Assembly (NCBI GenBank): GCA_029953675.1
Contig: JAMWBK010000002.1
Location: forward strand, 2,728,001-2,792,000
Source of the DNA: Rhodosorus marinus CCMP1338
Taxonomy: Eukaryota > Plantae > Rhodophyta
Direction of reading: 5' to 3'
Length of the DNA stretch: 64,000 nucleotides
Shown here: in pieces, positions 24,896 through 37,180 of the stretch
Layout: each line of letters begins with the position of its first letter
Position numbering within the stretch: the stretch's first letter is position 1
The notes under the pieces: model-generated
The model's input: only the letters and a program-made list of their open reading frames with translations
Databases searched by the model: none
Told to the model about the DNA's origin: nothing
Made by a program: the position numbers and the translations under genes

Positions 24896-25898
24896 TGTGA
24901 TCCACCTGTAGATTCTCATCAAAAAAGTCCATACAAGTCGAACTTTGGGCTCTCAAAAGTCTCTCAACCACCTTCATTGTCCTGTCGACTCCTATCAACT
25001 GCTCCACAACAGCAATTCGTTGAACTACTTATCAGCTGAGATCTCCGGTTCGTACCATTAGTACAAAGATACTAAATCACTGTACAAGTTACAAACTCAG
25101 AGATTCTTGTGGGTGTCAGATTTCGTAGCTCCGTCTCTCTTTAGAAACGGCAGTACGTTGCCTACAACTATGTTACGGAACCTCTGTAACGATTCTCTTC
25201 ATATATGAAAAGCTCCCAAACGAGAGAGTCCAGTTTCCGGTGAATTATGGATTCCTCAACGTGCTAGTTCTCGACTGGTTCGTAGTTTGCCGATCTGACG
25301 AACGCTGACGTTGAGAGGTTTGAGACTAGGACACTACTGGACAGCTGAATCGAAGGAGCGCAACGCGCTGACATCACGGGCGTCTAGTCCCCGAGCAAAA
25401 ATGCTGTCAGAAGAGCCCCGCCGGGTCTTTGACCGATGTTAATACAGGTATGCGCATCCGCTCTACTATGGACGCAAAGCCATTAGTCGAAGCCTCAAGT
25501 GTGGACTAGGTCTTGCCGGTGCCGGTGCCGTTTGACTAGCGTTGATGTCTCGTGGAAAGAATAACAACCTAGATTCTCACCGCGATACAGATTCCGAGAC
25601 CCAACTAGCGTCCTGGAAATAATCCAGATCAGGTATTAAAAATAACTGGGTGGAGAATCTTATCCCTGGATGAGAATACCCCTTGTATGGTATCGTAGAT
25701 GTTGCTGCGCAAATTGAGCTGCCCAGTCTACATCGATCCAAGTACTAGAGCACCGCTACATATAAGAAGGGGTTGTACCTTTCCCTCCTCAAATAACAGC
25801 TTCCCCTGCTCAATGGCAACCTCTAACTGACTCTCCCCACCTTAAGAAATAAAGTTTTACTGACACGATGCGGACCTAAAGGGTTTCTCCATTCATTC

Positions 25899-27453
25899 TC
25901 AAATTGTCGTAGCCGCCGCGGATGCAATGGTCTGTCCGAGCGCGTTCTTGACTCCCTGAACAACATCCTGGGCCTAGAATGCACACGGCAAGATCAGAGA
26001 GGTCAGCCAGGAACACTCTACCGGAATGCGTCAAGTACGCTGTCAAGCACCTTGGGCAATGGATCGCCATGTCTTACCTGTGGGAACGCAAGATCTTCCA
26101 AATTCTTTGCGTACGGGGTTGGAAGGTCAGCTCCCGTTACTCTGACCAGCGGTGCGTCCAAGAAAAACATCGCTTCGGACTCTAATACAGCTGCTCCAAT
26201 TTCTGCACCGATACCGCTTTGGGGCCAGCCCTCTTCCACAGTTATGAGTCTACCCGTCTTCTTCAATGACTTAAAGATCGTCTCGTAGTCCATAGGCCGA
26301 ATTGTCCTTAAATTGATAACCTGAAAGAGGCGAGTGGGATTTTTAGCTGGCGCCCGTAGATGCTACAGTAGGAAAGATGTTCAATTTCCAAACTCACCTC
26401 CACCGAGATTCCCTCCTTCGCAAGCTCTTCCGCCGCGATCAGACTACTATCCACAGATCTCGCGTAGCCCACAACTGTGGCGTCTTTCCCCTCTCTCATG
26501 ATCTTAGCCTTTCCGATCGGTAATGTGAATTCTGGATCCAAGACGGCATCATCAACTTCGAAAGTCTTCCCATACATTATCTCGTTCTCCAAAAAAATTA
26601 CTGGATTGTTGTCACGAATTGCAGCTTTCAGGAGTCCCCGATTGTCCTCCGCATCATAAGGCGTGATAACTTTGAGGCCCGGTACACTACCGTACCAGGC
26701 AGCAAAGCACTGAGAATGTTGAGCTCCGACACCCGCGGAAGCTCCATTGGGGCCTCTGAACACAACTGGGCATTTGATCTAGAAGTAGAATCGTTTGTAA
26801 GCACCTCCGATAGATGTAATAGTGAGCATAAAATTGCTCAAACAGGAGAGCTATTTCGACTTACATCCCCAGAAGACATGTAAAGGGTTTTCGCTGCGGA
26901 GTTTACGATCTGATCAATCCCCTGCATCGCGAAGTTGAACGTCATGAACTCACAAACTGGTTTCAATCCGTAGAACGCAGCTCCGGTCGCAAGGCCCGAG
27001 AAGCCCTAAGCATTGAAGAAATGAACATGTACCTCGTAAGAATGTGGACGTTCTGAAGGTGATAACGATTTTCGCCTTCAATTCCCCCGATCACATACCG
27101 CTTCCGTAATCGGCGTGTCAACCACCCTATCTTCTCCGTACTTCTTGAGCAAGCCCTTAGTAACCTTGTACGCTCCCTCATAGGAAGCAACTTCCTCTCC
27201 CAAGACGAAGACCCCTGCCGCATCAAACACGAGAAAGGACACGTTGTCAACGCTTTCCAAGCAGTACGCAAAACACGCGAAAGAGAAAATCGTCGTTGAA
27301 CTCACGGCTATCGCGGGCTAGCTCTTCATCAAGAGCACTGTTCAGAGCGTCACGACCAGTCATCGACGCCATAGCACGCCGTGCGATTCCAGTCGAACGG
27401 GCCAAGGATCCCCGCCTCAGCGCTCCTTCCAAAAACTTCCCTCCTCGCTGCAT
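25899..27453 (-). CDS. PDHB: Mitochondrial pyruvate dehydrogenase E1 beta subunit, multi-exon
   Basis: Presequence followed by [66 protein letters not shown] and [10 protein letters not shown]. Confidence 0.97.
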
Positions 27454-28373
27454 CCTCAATCAGTCTCTTTTTCAGCGGATCTCAAGCATCAACCCTTGAT
27501 CACCACTCGAAAAACCGCCTGTATAAATACAACAACACCCTTCGATACCACCATTAGATCCCAATATCCCACCAAAAACAAGAAAGAAACCCCTCCCTCC
27601 CCTTCCCATTGCCAAGCAACTGCATCTCAAACCCTCAATACAAATACCATCCGAAGCAGGCACTCATCCGCAACGAGACTGGTCTGGACGGGTGGGGGGT
27701 CCATAGGTAACCCACCAGGGCAGTTTTACCATCGTCGATATCTCTTAAATCAAATGAAGGAGGCGCAGGCTCCAGATACGTGTATCCTGAAAGCGTGACG
27801 TCCTGAACTCCAATATGTGAACCCGAACAAACAACTGATCAAACGGACATCAGCCAAAAAACCCGTTTATAGGGGAACTAGGACAGGTGGCAATACATAA
27901 TTTGACAACAGATCAGGGTAAAGTAAAATACAAAAAAAGGTTCATCAATCCTCACAACTACCAATGAACATGCATAATAAGAGGATTCAGTCATTATTCT
28001 TTAGCTGAGGCAAAATTAACGCTTTTTTGTAGATTTGGAAGAGCTGCCGATGAATAATATCGATATGTTTTTGATTAATATTATAAAACGAAGGACTACG
28101 ACCTAATTTGTGGCTTGAGGCAGACTTGAATTTGGATAAGAAAAGTCTAGATTTGGGGAAGTAGTGGTAGGATCTATTCTCGATTTACAGTTCGAGATAA
28201 AGATGTTCGCATGGCTGGTGGTTGGTGTTGGATTGGATGTGTCGGGAGGCCAACCGAAGGGAAGGTTGACGAGCGGGCGAAGGAAAAGAAGGATTAGAAG
28301 CTTGAAGTGAGAGTTGTATGGATGCCTTTGAGAAAATGAAGGAGTTTTTGAAGTCTGGAATTGAAATCTGAGC

Positions 28374-31320
28374 ATGGCAAACAGATCGGAGGTCGCGGAG
28401 GTCACGAAGGCCTCCTTGTCGCAAGTGTTCAGAAACTACCAGACGAGGACCGCGACCATCGGGGAGATGCTGGACGAACTGGGGGGTATCACGTTCCCTC
28501 TAGATAGCGAGACCCTGGGCAACCTTCATATGGTGATGTCCTCTGCGTCACAAGGGCACCTGCAGGTTAGTTTCGCGGAGTCCAGAAAAAAGAGTGGGTG
28601 TGTAGTGCTTGAGCTAACCTCTGTTCCCGTTGCGAACCTAATCGAATTGAAAAAGGATTTGATAAAGGAGCTCACTCGTACCCCCGAGCTGGATACCCCG
28701 GCGGACGACCAAGAGTGTAGACAGAGCTATATGCGGCAATGGGTAGCATCAACGCTCCTTGCACACGGACCGGACAACTACAGGGAAAAAATTATCAAAA
28801 CTCCGGGTCTTTTACCGAACTTGCTTTCATACTACGATGCTGAGGACTATGATGAAGTTCAGACTAGTTTGGTTACAAAGGTTCTGGCTTCGTTGCATAC
28901 GTACAACGATGTGAGCGATACCTACCCTCCCCCAAAATCACGTTGACCAGACACGGCTCATGAAGCTGAAGCTCTGTGTATATCTCTTTCTGGATGCAAA
29001 GGGGAAAGTGGCTGAACAAATGATAGAGTGTAGCTCCTCAATGAAGTCCATGATCCGCCATATTCAATGCGACGTGATCGCGAATTTCATTCCGAAACTG
29101 ATCTTGGGCATGCGGAATTCTCATAAGTATCCCTTTGACTTTGAGGTTGTGCACAAGCGTTCTTGCTACGCTCTGTTGAACGCCAATTTGTACGAGTCGC
29201 TCCTGAATAGCTTTGCTACTTCTTCTAATCAAGCGGAGTACCGTCTGGAGCACATTCGTATCATGGAGAACAGCGCGTATGCGCTAGGAGAAACGGCGGG
29301 AAGACTTTCGCTGCTTCCACAAATTAACAAAAACGAGGTCGGCTCTTTGTTCGCGGAGTCCGCCAGGCTCTTCTCAAAGGCCAGAGTCGGTAGGTGCTTT
29401 TCCGGAGGGATCTCGGCGCGAGGTTTCTAAGGGAAAACCTCACTAACCCAATGACTCTTTCGTTAGGGCTCGACGTTTACTTGAGACCGAAAACTGTCGA
29501 GAGTCTGTTGAAGTTTGGTTTGGATCAATACAAGACCAGGGAAATCGATAAGTATGTTGCAATGGAATGCGCTCTTGACGGTTTGTTGTACATTTTGAAG
29601 AGATATGAGCGAGGTGAGCGTCTTTCGCAGAGTTCGAAAGCTGACCACATACATAGATGGTCTAAAATATCTTGATTCCGGGTCACAAGGCCTTCATTGC
29701 CGCTTTGGTATAGTTACGGCATTGACCGCGACGAAGACAACACCGTTCATTGAGATGCTATCTGAGTTCATGCCAGACTTCATGACCTTCCTCAAGGATG
29801 AGTCTGAGGCAGGATCCTTGTTGCGGTTCCGTGCAGCAGATGTGCTCTCTACATCTCTGGCCTCATTTAGAGTAAGCCGTGACCAGAAAAAGCGTATGGA
29901 TTGCGAGGGGGCCAGAATCCCGACGTTCCCAGTGAGTTCCGCTTAATCAAAAAGTTCTGGCCATTGACTTCATCTTTACCTTTCCTACGACCCAGTCAAT
30001 AGCGAGGCTGATCAATGGCGCCGGTTTCCCGCATGAGATTGTCCGCTTGGCCCTTGCCCCGAGAGGTTGCTTTTACGAGCAGATGATGATAAAGTCGTTC
30101 CAATCCGCACTTAGGACTAACAAACCCGAGGTCATAAAGCCGTGGCTTGAAGAACATGGTTTCATGGAAAAGCTAGTTTCGTCCATGGGGGCTGCTGCAA
30201 TGGTACGAGCAGTTGGACGCTCATTAGGTTGACTGCGGACGCCCCAACTAACTTACCCCTTTACGGTTACGATCTAGGGCGAAGACGCAAATTTTCAGGT
30301 CGCCGCCTTAAGTCTGAAGCAGTACATGGTGAAACTGTCCCTGAAGGGAGAAAACGACAACACGATTCGTTCGTACCTTGGTCCTACAATAGCCGGGCAA
30401 TTGGACGAGGTTGATGCAGACCAACTGGCAAAGTTTGTCTCCAGCGGTCTCCCCGTAAGTGGTCGAACGCGCGGTCGAACCCGGTCGAGGATACTCCATC
30501 ACCGCGCTGTTGTGAAAACGTAGATTAGTGCTAATCGTTTTCTGATTAAACCTGCAGGTACTGTATCGCGGAAGGCATCCAAAGGCACTGCTGGACACGT
30601 CTCAAGGTGATAAAATTGATACAATTACTGAAACGGAGCGAGAATCTATGTTCTACTATTCAGCGGTGAAGAATGTGTCGGAGGGAATGGATACCGTAAG
30701 AGCAGCGAAGAATCTGGACTATCGTCTGCCATGTGATTATCAACTTTGAAACCTAACCTGGACATCCGTACGCTCCTTTCCTGACCTTCCCTCAGAATTC
30801 CGAGCGATTCGAAAACGTCCTTGGACTGCCCCAATTTGAGTTTGACAGCTCCAAGACGTTTCTCACATCGATCTTCGGGAGAGAAGTTCCTCCCGCTCCA
30901 ACCAAAACGTAAGGACAAAAGTTGCGGCAAGAGAGGCTTGTTTAAGGAATCGTATGCTGAGCTCCCTCTTCCTGTTTCTCCAATCAACACAGTGTGTCAA
31001 ACGACAGCAGTGGAATGGACGACCGAGCTGCAAGGACTGTAAGATCCAATATGGAGGATAGGCCCGGAAAAGCCAAGGGCGGTGGATTTTCGATGAGGCG
31101 GTATGAATCGGAATCGAACCGCGGAATGGAAGATAGGAAGGACAGTAACCTACCTGCTTCTCGTGGGAACCCCTTTTCTATGAAGCGCGCTGGCTCTGAA
31201 TCGAGCCGCACGGCCTTGGCAAATTTTGTCGGACAGAAACAAACTTCGGACCAGAAGGAAAGGCGATCTCCCTTCTCAAATTTCTTTAGGGGGCTCTCGT
31301 CACCGAAGAGAACCGACTAG
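28374..31320 (+). CDS. Large multi-exon hypothetical helical-repeat (ARM/HEAT-like) protein with disordered repeat tail
   Basis: Successive ORFs (28374, 28960, 29394, 29605, 30047, 30326, 30558, 30796, 30993) carry helical-looking sequence. The last junctions (donors 30696 and 30909, acceptors 30795 and 30992) were checked in frame. No family recognised. Confidence 0.55.
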
Positions 31321-32213
31321 AGCGGTCCCTCTTCTAAACTCTAACTCTTTATATTTTCTTTTTGTTGTGCTGGTCTTCGGTCTGCGCGTGTCCATTTCCG
31401 TCTCCTTAATCTAGTAAATTTGACTTTGTGCTCCCCTTTTTTCACATCCGGTTATAAGCAAGTTTCCATATGACGGTCCTGTTCACACCTTTTGATGCTT
31501 CCAACAAGTTGTTAGGACAGGGCTTCGGGGACTCTCTCGTGCGAGCCCGCTTTGTCAGATTGCGGAGGTTTGATAACGAACAGGCGTCAGGCAGCAATAG
31601 TCTTCGTCCGCAGCAGACAGAGCAGAAACGTATTCTTACGCGTTAGAGAGAAGCCCGGAGAATGTATTTTTGGCTATGGACGCTGATCCATGAGTTCAAG
31701 GCGGCAAAGCAATCAGCTGAGGACCCTGGCTCTGAACAGCCACCCATTCTCGGGGTTATAATCTTACGATGAGAGTACCCGTCTTCGTCGAGAGGAGATC
31801 GCTTTCGCTGGGGACTAGTAAACCGATTCAGAGTGGACAGACTGAAACATTCTTCAGAGACAATTGTTGCTGGACAGTTGGAACTCGTTTCTTTTGAAGA
31901 TCTGAGAATTCGGCTTTGGAAACATGCGGAGGGTCGTTCGTGGCGCTTTAGTGAACAGAACCTCCCTCACGTACCCATGCTCAATTGACTGGAAGAGATG
32001 ATGGGGATGGAATTCTTGAAAGGCGGCCGCAGTGAGCTTCTTCGTTTTCAACTCTGAACGGCTTGTGATGAAAGAGCTGGACGCTGCTCTGCGGGGATGG
32101 TGCGTCGAGGGCCGCTTATACCTTGCTTCGTTTGCAAGAGCATCGATTGAACGGTAGTATTTTGAGCGACTCCTTGTGGTGAAGTTTGACCGAAGTTGCG
32201 GTTCTGCCACTTG

Positions 32214-35200
32214 ATGGACGCGCTTGCATGTGGTCATGGACATATTGAGAGAGATGCAGCATTCAAGCTCATGTCGAAGATCTTGGATAGGAGCCCGGAT
32301 ATAGTCACGAACGACGCTCTGAGAGAGTGCTTTTGCATGGGGTCAGCCGCCGCGGCGGACACTGCTGCCGAGGTGCTTGCGACATGTGAGAATCATGAAT
32401 TTATTCAGCGCTTATCAGAAGGGCTCAAGCCAGTCATTCATGTCGCGCCAGATTCGAATCTGAGAGCTGTTGCGCTTCTCGCCATAGAATTTGCAAAGAA
32501 GTGCGGTCGAGGAGAACTCGCACTGGCAATGATAGAATCCAGCTACCCAGCAGCAACCGAAATGCTACGAGCGTTTTCGAAAGCGCTGTATCAGGCCGCT
32601 GAAGTGTCACGGAAGCAAGTTCAGAAGCTCCTCAAAGCGGTGAACGAATTTCTCGAGGCTGCACTGATTGGGGATAGCGACTCTATGAAGGCAATTAGCG
32701 CCGAGACGAGAGGTCTTCTGTTCAGAGTATGTGAACAGGATGCTATGCAGCTTATGCTATCGGTAATGTCCAAGCTTGGACCACAAGCACAGCACGACTT
32801 GCCAACTCTCGTGCGAGAAATGTGTCGAGTTGTCCCAGACACGTCACTGAGGGGTGTCTTCATGCACGCTGTAGACCTGAGCATCTCTTTCGGAGAGTCA
32901 GCTACTTGTGTAGCACTGTTGGAAGCAGTGGACCTCACAGCCTTGACCGCACAAGTTGGTGCGGCAAACAGTCTGTTTTGTTTGAGTTCCGTCGTTCTCC
33001 AAGCCGGCCTTAAGGGCGAACTTGATGACGCAACTCGTATTGTTAAGTTTTGTACTGCAATCCTCGAAGACAATCTTTTCCTTCCTGAGCTCGTCACTTC
33101 ATCATACGCCCATGCGGTGGCCATGTGCCTCTCGTCAAGCGCTGGAGTTCGCGGGCATCGTATCCGAGAAGCGAGGATCGCAGAGTTCGCAGCAAAAGCT
33201 TCAGCGAAGGCCACCTCGATGGATGCGAGAGTAGGCTCCAGTGAATCCGAGTCGCTGGAAGGTCTCTTTGAAACGATCAAGAGCTTCTGCTTCGACGGCA
33301 GTGTTCTCAGTGTATGTTTGCAATTGCTCACAACAGCAAGGGGAAAGCTTGCTTCTGGGGCGCTGGAGGCGAGGCAGTGGCTTCGTAACTTTAAGGCTAA
33401 GCTCCCGCAGACGAAATCATCCGCCCTCCTTTTCGCAGATGTTGTAGGAACGTTTTTATGCGGCTTGCTGTGCTTCTCTCCTGAAATTTCGTTTGAGATA
33501 TGTGACGCGCTACCTCAGTTAGAAATGACCTCAAGGTTGCACCTCATTCCGTCGCTCTTGCACGGATTCGCACAGGCGCACGAGGGATTGATAGCGTTGG
33601 AGATCCTCAAATGCATTCGCAGAATCGCTGAGGACAACTATTCTTCTGAGATAGTTGTTAGGAGTTTGTCCAACCTGTGCGAATTTCGAAGCAAACGATT
33701 ATCGCGATCTGCGCTCTCCGAAGCAGCGCTTCTGGAACTTGCGAACCTCGCGGCTGAAAAACCGAGCTTTGGCCTGAAAGCAATGGTCTCTCAGGTTGAA
33801 CGTATGCTGAATGACTGGGAGCGCGTGACGCCTACTCTTGCAGCGGCGGCTGTTTCGGGAGCTCATGTTGTAATTAGATATCGGCCCTCCAGGGGAACAC
33901 TCTTTGTTCCACTCTTGCAAAAGTCTATGCAGGCCGGGGAGGAATATGAAACGGCCGTGGCAACATCTCTCAGAGCTCTGCGAAGCCTCTGTGACGAAGG
34001 AATTCTAGATGCTGTGAAGACTATTCGGATCGTGTTCAGAAGATTTGAGCTTTCCTGGGAAACACTCGAACCGTATCCGATCCCCGTTCGCGTTGCGTTC
34101 GTTCACTTCCTCGGTGCCGGAGCTCGCGCGGGGTTCTCCAAGAAAGGTCTTGCGCTCTCAGCGCGGATGGCTGAATTTCTCAGGGAGCTTCTCGTGAGGG
34201 AGGATCAACCCAAACTCGTTCTCGAAGCTGCCGGGGAGGCCCTCTCCGTTTTTGAGGAGCGGCTTGCGCTTGATTTTCTTGGTAAGACGGAAGAGGCCGA
34301 CGAGGATTCAGAACTGTTGGCAAAGAACAAGCATGAGGTTTACCGATGGACCTGTCAGGTGGTAAAAATTGCTGCAAAGTTGGGTGTCCGGAACAAGGTG
34401 GCGTCCTTGATTACGCACCTTGCCAGAAGCGAATGGCAGAACAGAGCCAGAGGGGATTGGTCGGAAATGAAGATCCTCAAGATGGCCTCATCGTCGTTGA
34501 TGCGTTCAAGGCAGGCGGACAACGGAGGGGGGATTGAGCAGCGATTCCGAGCTTCCGCAAACGCTTTGCCTGACTCCGTAATCAAAGCCCTCGTCCAAAC
34601 GGCTGCGCTTCTTTTTGACGATGACTCGCCGGCGAGGGCCGCTTGTGACGCCCTCGTGGAGGCCGAAGCTCTTGTGCCGGGTCTCCCATGGGGGGAGCTC
34701 TTCATAGAAAGCGCGAGGAAGTCAGCCTCCAGGAAGACACTCTCTTCGTGCGCTCGTGCCAGTTTCTGTCTGGTGGATGAACTTCAGCAACCTCTGGTCG
34801 CCTTCTGGATGTCTAGCTTGACGACAATCGATGATGAAGTTGCGGACGTGCTCGCGGTCGCAGTATTGGCTAATGGCAAGGTCGGGCTGATCGGACAGCT
34901 TCTTGAGCACTACGGGAGGCGCAAGCGATTTCGCGAGCTATTTCGACTGATTGTAAACCACGGCGAGATAGGCGAGCAGAGTCTTGTAAGACTCGTACAG
35001 TTGAGCCTTGACGTAGAGGTCAAATTGGACTCTACGGATATACCTGGGTTGGTATCAGTCATTGGGAAGATTTCTCCCAACCAGATTGCGCAATTTGTGA
35101 ACTCGAGCATCTGGAAAACAAGCATACTCGTTGGTTTGATCAACGAACAGGCCATGACCAAACACCCCTTGCAGAGCACTGCCAAACCAGTTCTATTGCA

Positions 35201-35474
35201 GATCCAGAAGTGCGGTGACACAGAAGGGGAGCGGAAAGTGCTTGAAGCGGTGTTGCAATCACTGCAGGAGCTTCCCCTGTCCTCCGACGAGGATCTCGAT
35301 CACATTGGATCAGAAATCCACGACTTCGGGCAACTCAATCCCGAGTGGAGCAGGACCATCACCACCGGAATTGCAGTTGCTCGTGCCAAATTGTGGTCTG
35401 TTTGCCGCTCGGTCGATGATCTGCAACACATCGTGCTGAGCCGATCTGTGCCGAGCTCAAGCTTCCTGAGGTAG
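32214..35474 (+). CDS. ARM-repeat protein resembling focadhesin/RST1 (DUF3730); possible extra 5' exons
   Basis: Uninterrupted ~1090-aa helical ORF. RYRPSRGTLFVPLLQKSM...LRSLCDEGILDAVKTIRIV resembles the RST1/FOCAD LCE.DV(V/I)D block as I remember it. Confidence 0.65.
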   Translation: MDALACGHGHIERDAAFKLMSKILDRSPDIVTNDALRECFCMGSAAAADTAAEVLATCENHEFIQRLSEGLKPVIHVAPDSNLRAVALLAIEFAKKCGRGELALAMIESSYPAATEMLRAFSKALYQAAEVSRKQVQKLLKAVNEFLEAALIGDSDSMKAISAETRGLLFRVCEQDAMQLMLSVMSKLGPQAQHDLPTLVREMCRVVPDTSLRGVFMHAVDLSISFGESATCVALLEAVDLTALTAQVGAANSLFCLSSVVLQAGLKGELDDATRIVKFCTAILEDNLFLPELVTSSYAHAVAMCLSSSAGVRGHRIREARIAEFAAKASAKATSMDARVGSSESESLEGLFETIKSFCFDGSVLSVCLQLLTTARGKLASGALEARQWLRNFKAKLPQTKSSALLFADVVGTFLCGLLCFSPEISFEICDALPQLEMTSRLHLIPSLLHGFAQAHEGLIALEILKCIRRIAEDNYSSEIVVRSLSNLCEFRSKRLSRSALSEAALLELANLAAEKPSFGLKAMVSQVERMLNDWERVTPTLAAAAVSGAHVVIRYRPSRGTLFVPLLQKSMQAGEEYETAVATSLRALRSLCDEGILDAVKTIRIVFRRFELSWETLEPYPIPVRVAFVHFLGAGARAGFSKKGLALSARMAEFLRELLVREDQPKLVLEAAGEALSVFEERLALDFLGKTEEADEDSELLAKNKHEVYRWTCQVVKIAAKLGVRNKVASLITHLARSEWQNRARGDWSEMKILKMASSSLMRSRQADNGGGIEQRFRASANALPDSVIKALVQTAALLFDDDSPARAACDALVEAEALVPGLPWGELFIESARKSASRKTLSSCARASFCLVDELQQPLVAFWMSSLTTIDDEVADVLAVAVLANGKVGLIGQLLEHYGRRKRFRELFRLIVNHGEIGEQSLVRLVQLSLDVEVKLDSTDIPGLVSVIGKISPNQIAQFVNSSIWKTSILVGLINEQAMTKHPLQSTAKPVLLQIQKCGDTEGERKVLEAVLQSLQELPLSSDEDLDHIGSEIHDFGQLNPEWSRTITTGIAVARAKLWSVCRSVDDLQHIVLSRSVPSSSFLR

Positions 35475-35725
35475 ATCGATTCATTCACGGAATGTGTGCG
35501 GAGGACATGAGGGTGGAAGATCTCCGCACCAAGCCACGACAGATCCGATTATATTAATAAAAACTGTGCATCTCATGAAGCCATTCATAGGGTCTGATGC
35601 AGGTTGAGGTGCATCAGCTGTTTGCTTGGAATAAGGTGAACAGGTGGTTCACGAATCCTCGGGGTTCTTCTGTAGCTTAGAAATACCATCTGCTTTACTT
35701 GTTGTACTCTATCCCGCTTTTATCA

Positions 35726-36394
35726 TTACTTAACGCAAGGCTCTCCGCATACGGAAAAGCCCAACTTGCTGAAGAGGTTATAGTCCAACCATGTGTTGAT
35801 CGTGCCAAGTCCGAATCGGTACATCATCTTCTGTGGAAACATGATGCTTTTGACCTCCATGATGTCTACGCCAAGCCATGACATAGAGGAGAAGCATGAG
35901 AAGACGAAATTATCTACAACGATGTATTCGCTCATGGTAAACACGTTGGTGACGTAGTCACACGTGCTGATCAAGTTCGTAATTTGCGCTGGGACCATTT
36001 TGACGCTGCTCACATCCACAAACAGCAAACCATCGCCGATCTCCAGATCTTCCGCTTTAACTAACTTCCCTGCCATGTTCATGACGTAGTGATTCGGAGT
36101 CACAGTGATGCTGTGGCGACCAGTTTTCTCTCCGTCCACCGTAATCTTGATAACCTTCCTCGGTGTGGCATCGTACAAGTGCTGGAAGAACGCGTGCTCC
36201 GTGTACTCCGGGCTCCTCGTCTTCGGGTTAAACCCAAGCACAAACTCGGAGACATACGATTCACGAACAAGTCTCAGCTTTCCAGGAGCCTGTATAGAGC
36301 TGCGTACGCCAAAGCATCCCCAGCAAGAGCCCACAAGCAATAGCGAAAAGTGGACGAGCAGCAGAGTGCGTCCCAAACGCATCGGGACGGCCAT
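35726..36394 (-). CDS. Secreted Hedgehog-type Hint (Hog) domain protein with no N-terminal domain
   Basis: Hydrophobic signal peptide followed by CF (Cys1), block B ITVTPNH, AEDLEIGD and terminal VVDNFVFSCF, then a ~55-aa SRR-like tail. Confidence 0.88.
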   Translation of the reverse strand: MAVPMRLGRTLLLVHFSLLLVGSCWGCFGVRSSIQAPGKLRLVRESYVSEFVLGFNPKTRSPEYTEHAFFQHLYDATPRKVIKITVDGEKTGRHSITVTPNHYVMNMAGKLVKAEDLEIGDGLLFVDVSSVKMVPAQITNLISTCDYVTNVFTMSEYIVVDNFVFSCFSSMSWLGVDIMEVKSIMFPQKMMYRFGLGTINTWLDYNLFSKLGFSVCGEPCVK

Positions 36395-36559
36395 ACTTTC
36401 TGGTCCCAAGTTGAAAAGCTTCACGATCAACAAAGTCAGCTTGTCCGATTGCGATTAACGCCAGATGATCTCGTACCAGACCTCTCCAGTCTACTCTGGG
36501 TCGCCCGCTGTTCTGGTCCTCCTGATCGGGCACCGATGTCAATGGCTGTCTCACACCAA

Positions 36560-37180
36560 CGCTTCTCAGCGGTCTCCCGACGGAAAAGAAGAACAGGGGT
36601 TTGTAAGCTCAGAATGAATTGTTATCTCATCTTGATCAATGCTCTGAATGCGAGCATACACATGGCTGACAAGAGCAGCAGCGAATACGAGTGGCTTCTC
36701 TGATATATGATGGATCTTCGCCGTTTGGCCTGCTGATCACCCCCGGATGCGTGTGGCGCAGCAAGTCAACCGCTTTGAGGAAGAGAATGATAAGGTTTTT
36801 GCAAGTTCAGAATGGTTTGTTGTTTCGGCTTTTTGATCAATGCTGCGAATTCAAGAATTCGTATGTCTGGCAAGGGGGGATAGCGTATACGATTGGCTCT
36901 TCTACCTGACTATAAGGGATCGTTACCCGGTCGGTCAGCAACAGTTCAACACCGCTGTACGTCAAACGTTCTCAGGAAGAGGAGAACAGGGTTGTGTGAA
37001 GTTCAGAATGGTTTTCTTATCGCAACCTGATCCATGCTCCGAATTCGAGCGCGACTTTTCCGAGAAGAGCTGCTATAGACACATCGATGCCCTTCGTCGA
37101 TACAGATCTAACGAGCCGGAGCTGTGATTGGTAGCGATTGGGTCTAGCATAGTCCTGGGGTGTGTTCAGAATGGTCCATA
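36560..37180. repeat. Degenerate tandem array, three copies plus a partial fourth, period ~197 bp
   Basis: The core (G/C)TCAGAATG recurs with CAGAATG at 36610, 36808, 37004 and 37166. In copies 1-3 it is followed by TGATC(A/C)ATGCT..GAAT; copies 1-2 also share CG(A/T)ATACGA(G/T)TGGCT. Confidence 0.75.

Noticed and set aside
27353-27365. PDHB N-terminal MTGRDAL instead of the usual MTVRDAL
   Set aside because: A single substitution near the presequence junction. It could be polymorphism or sequencing error.
35726-36394. Hint domain as a self-splicing intein
   Set aside because: It is not embedded in a host protein and lacks the terminal His-Asn. It has a hedgehog-type SCF end and a signal peptide.
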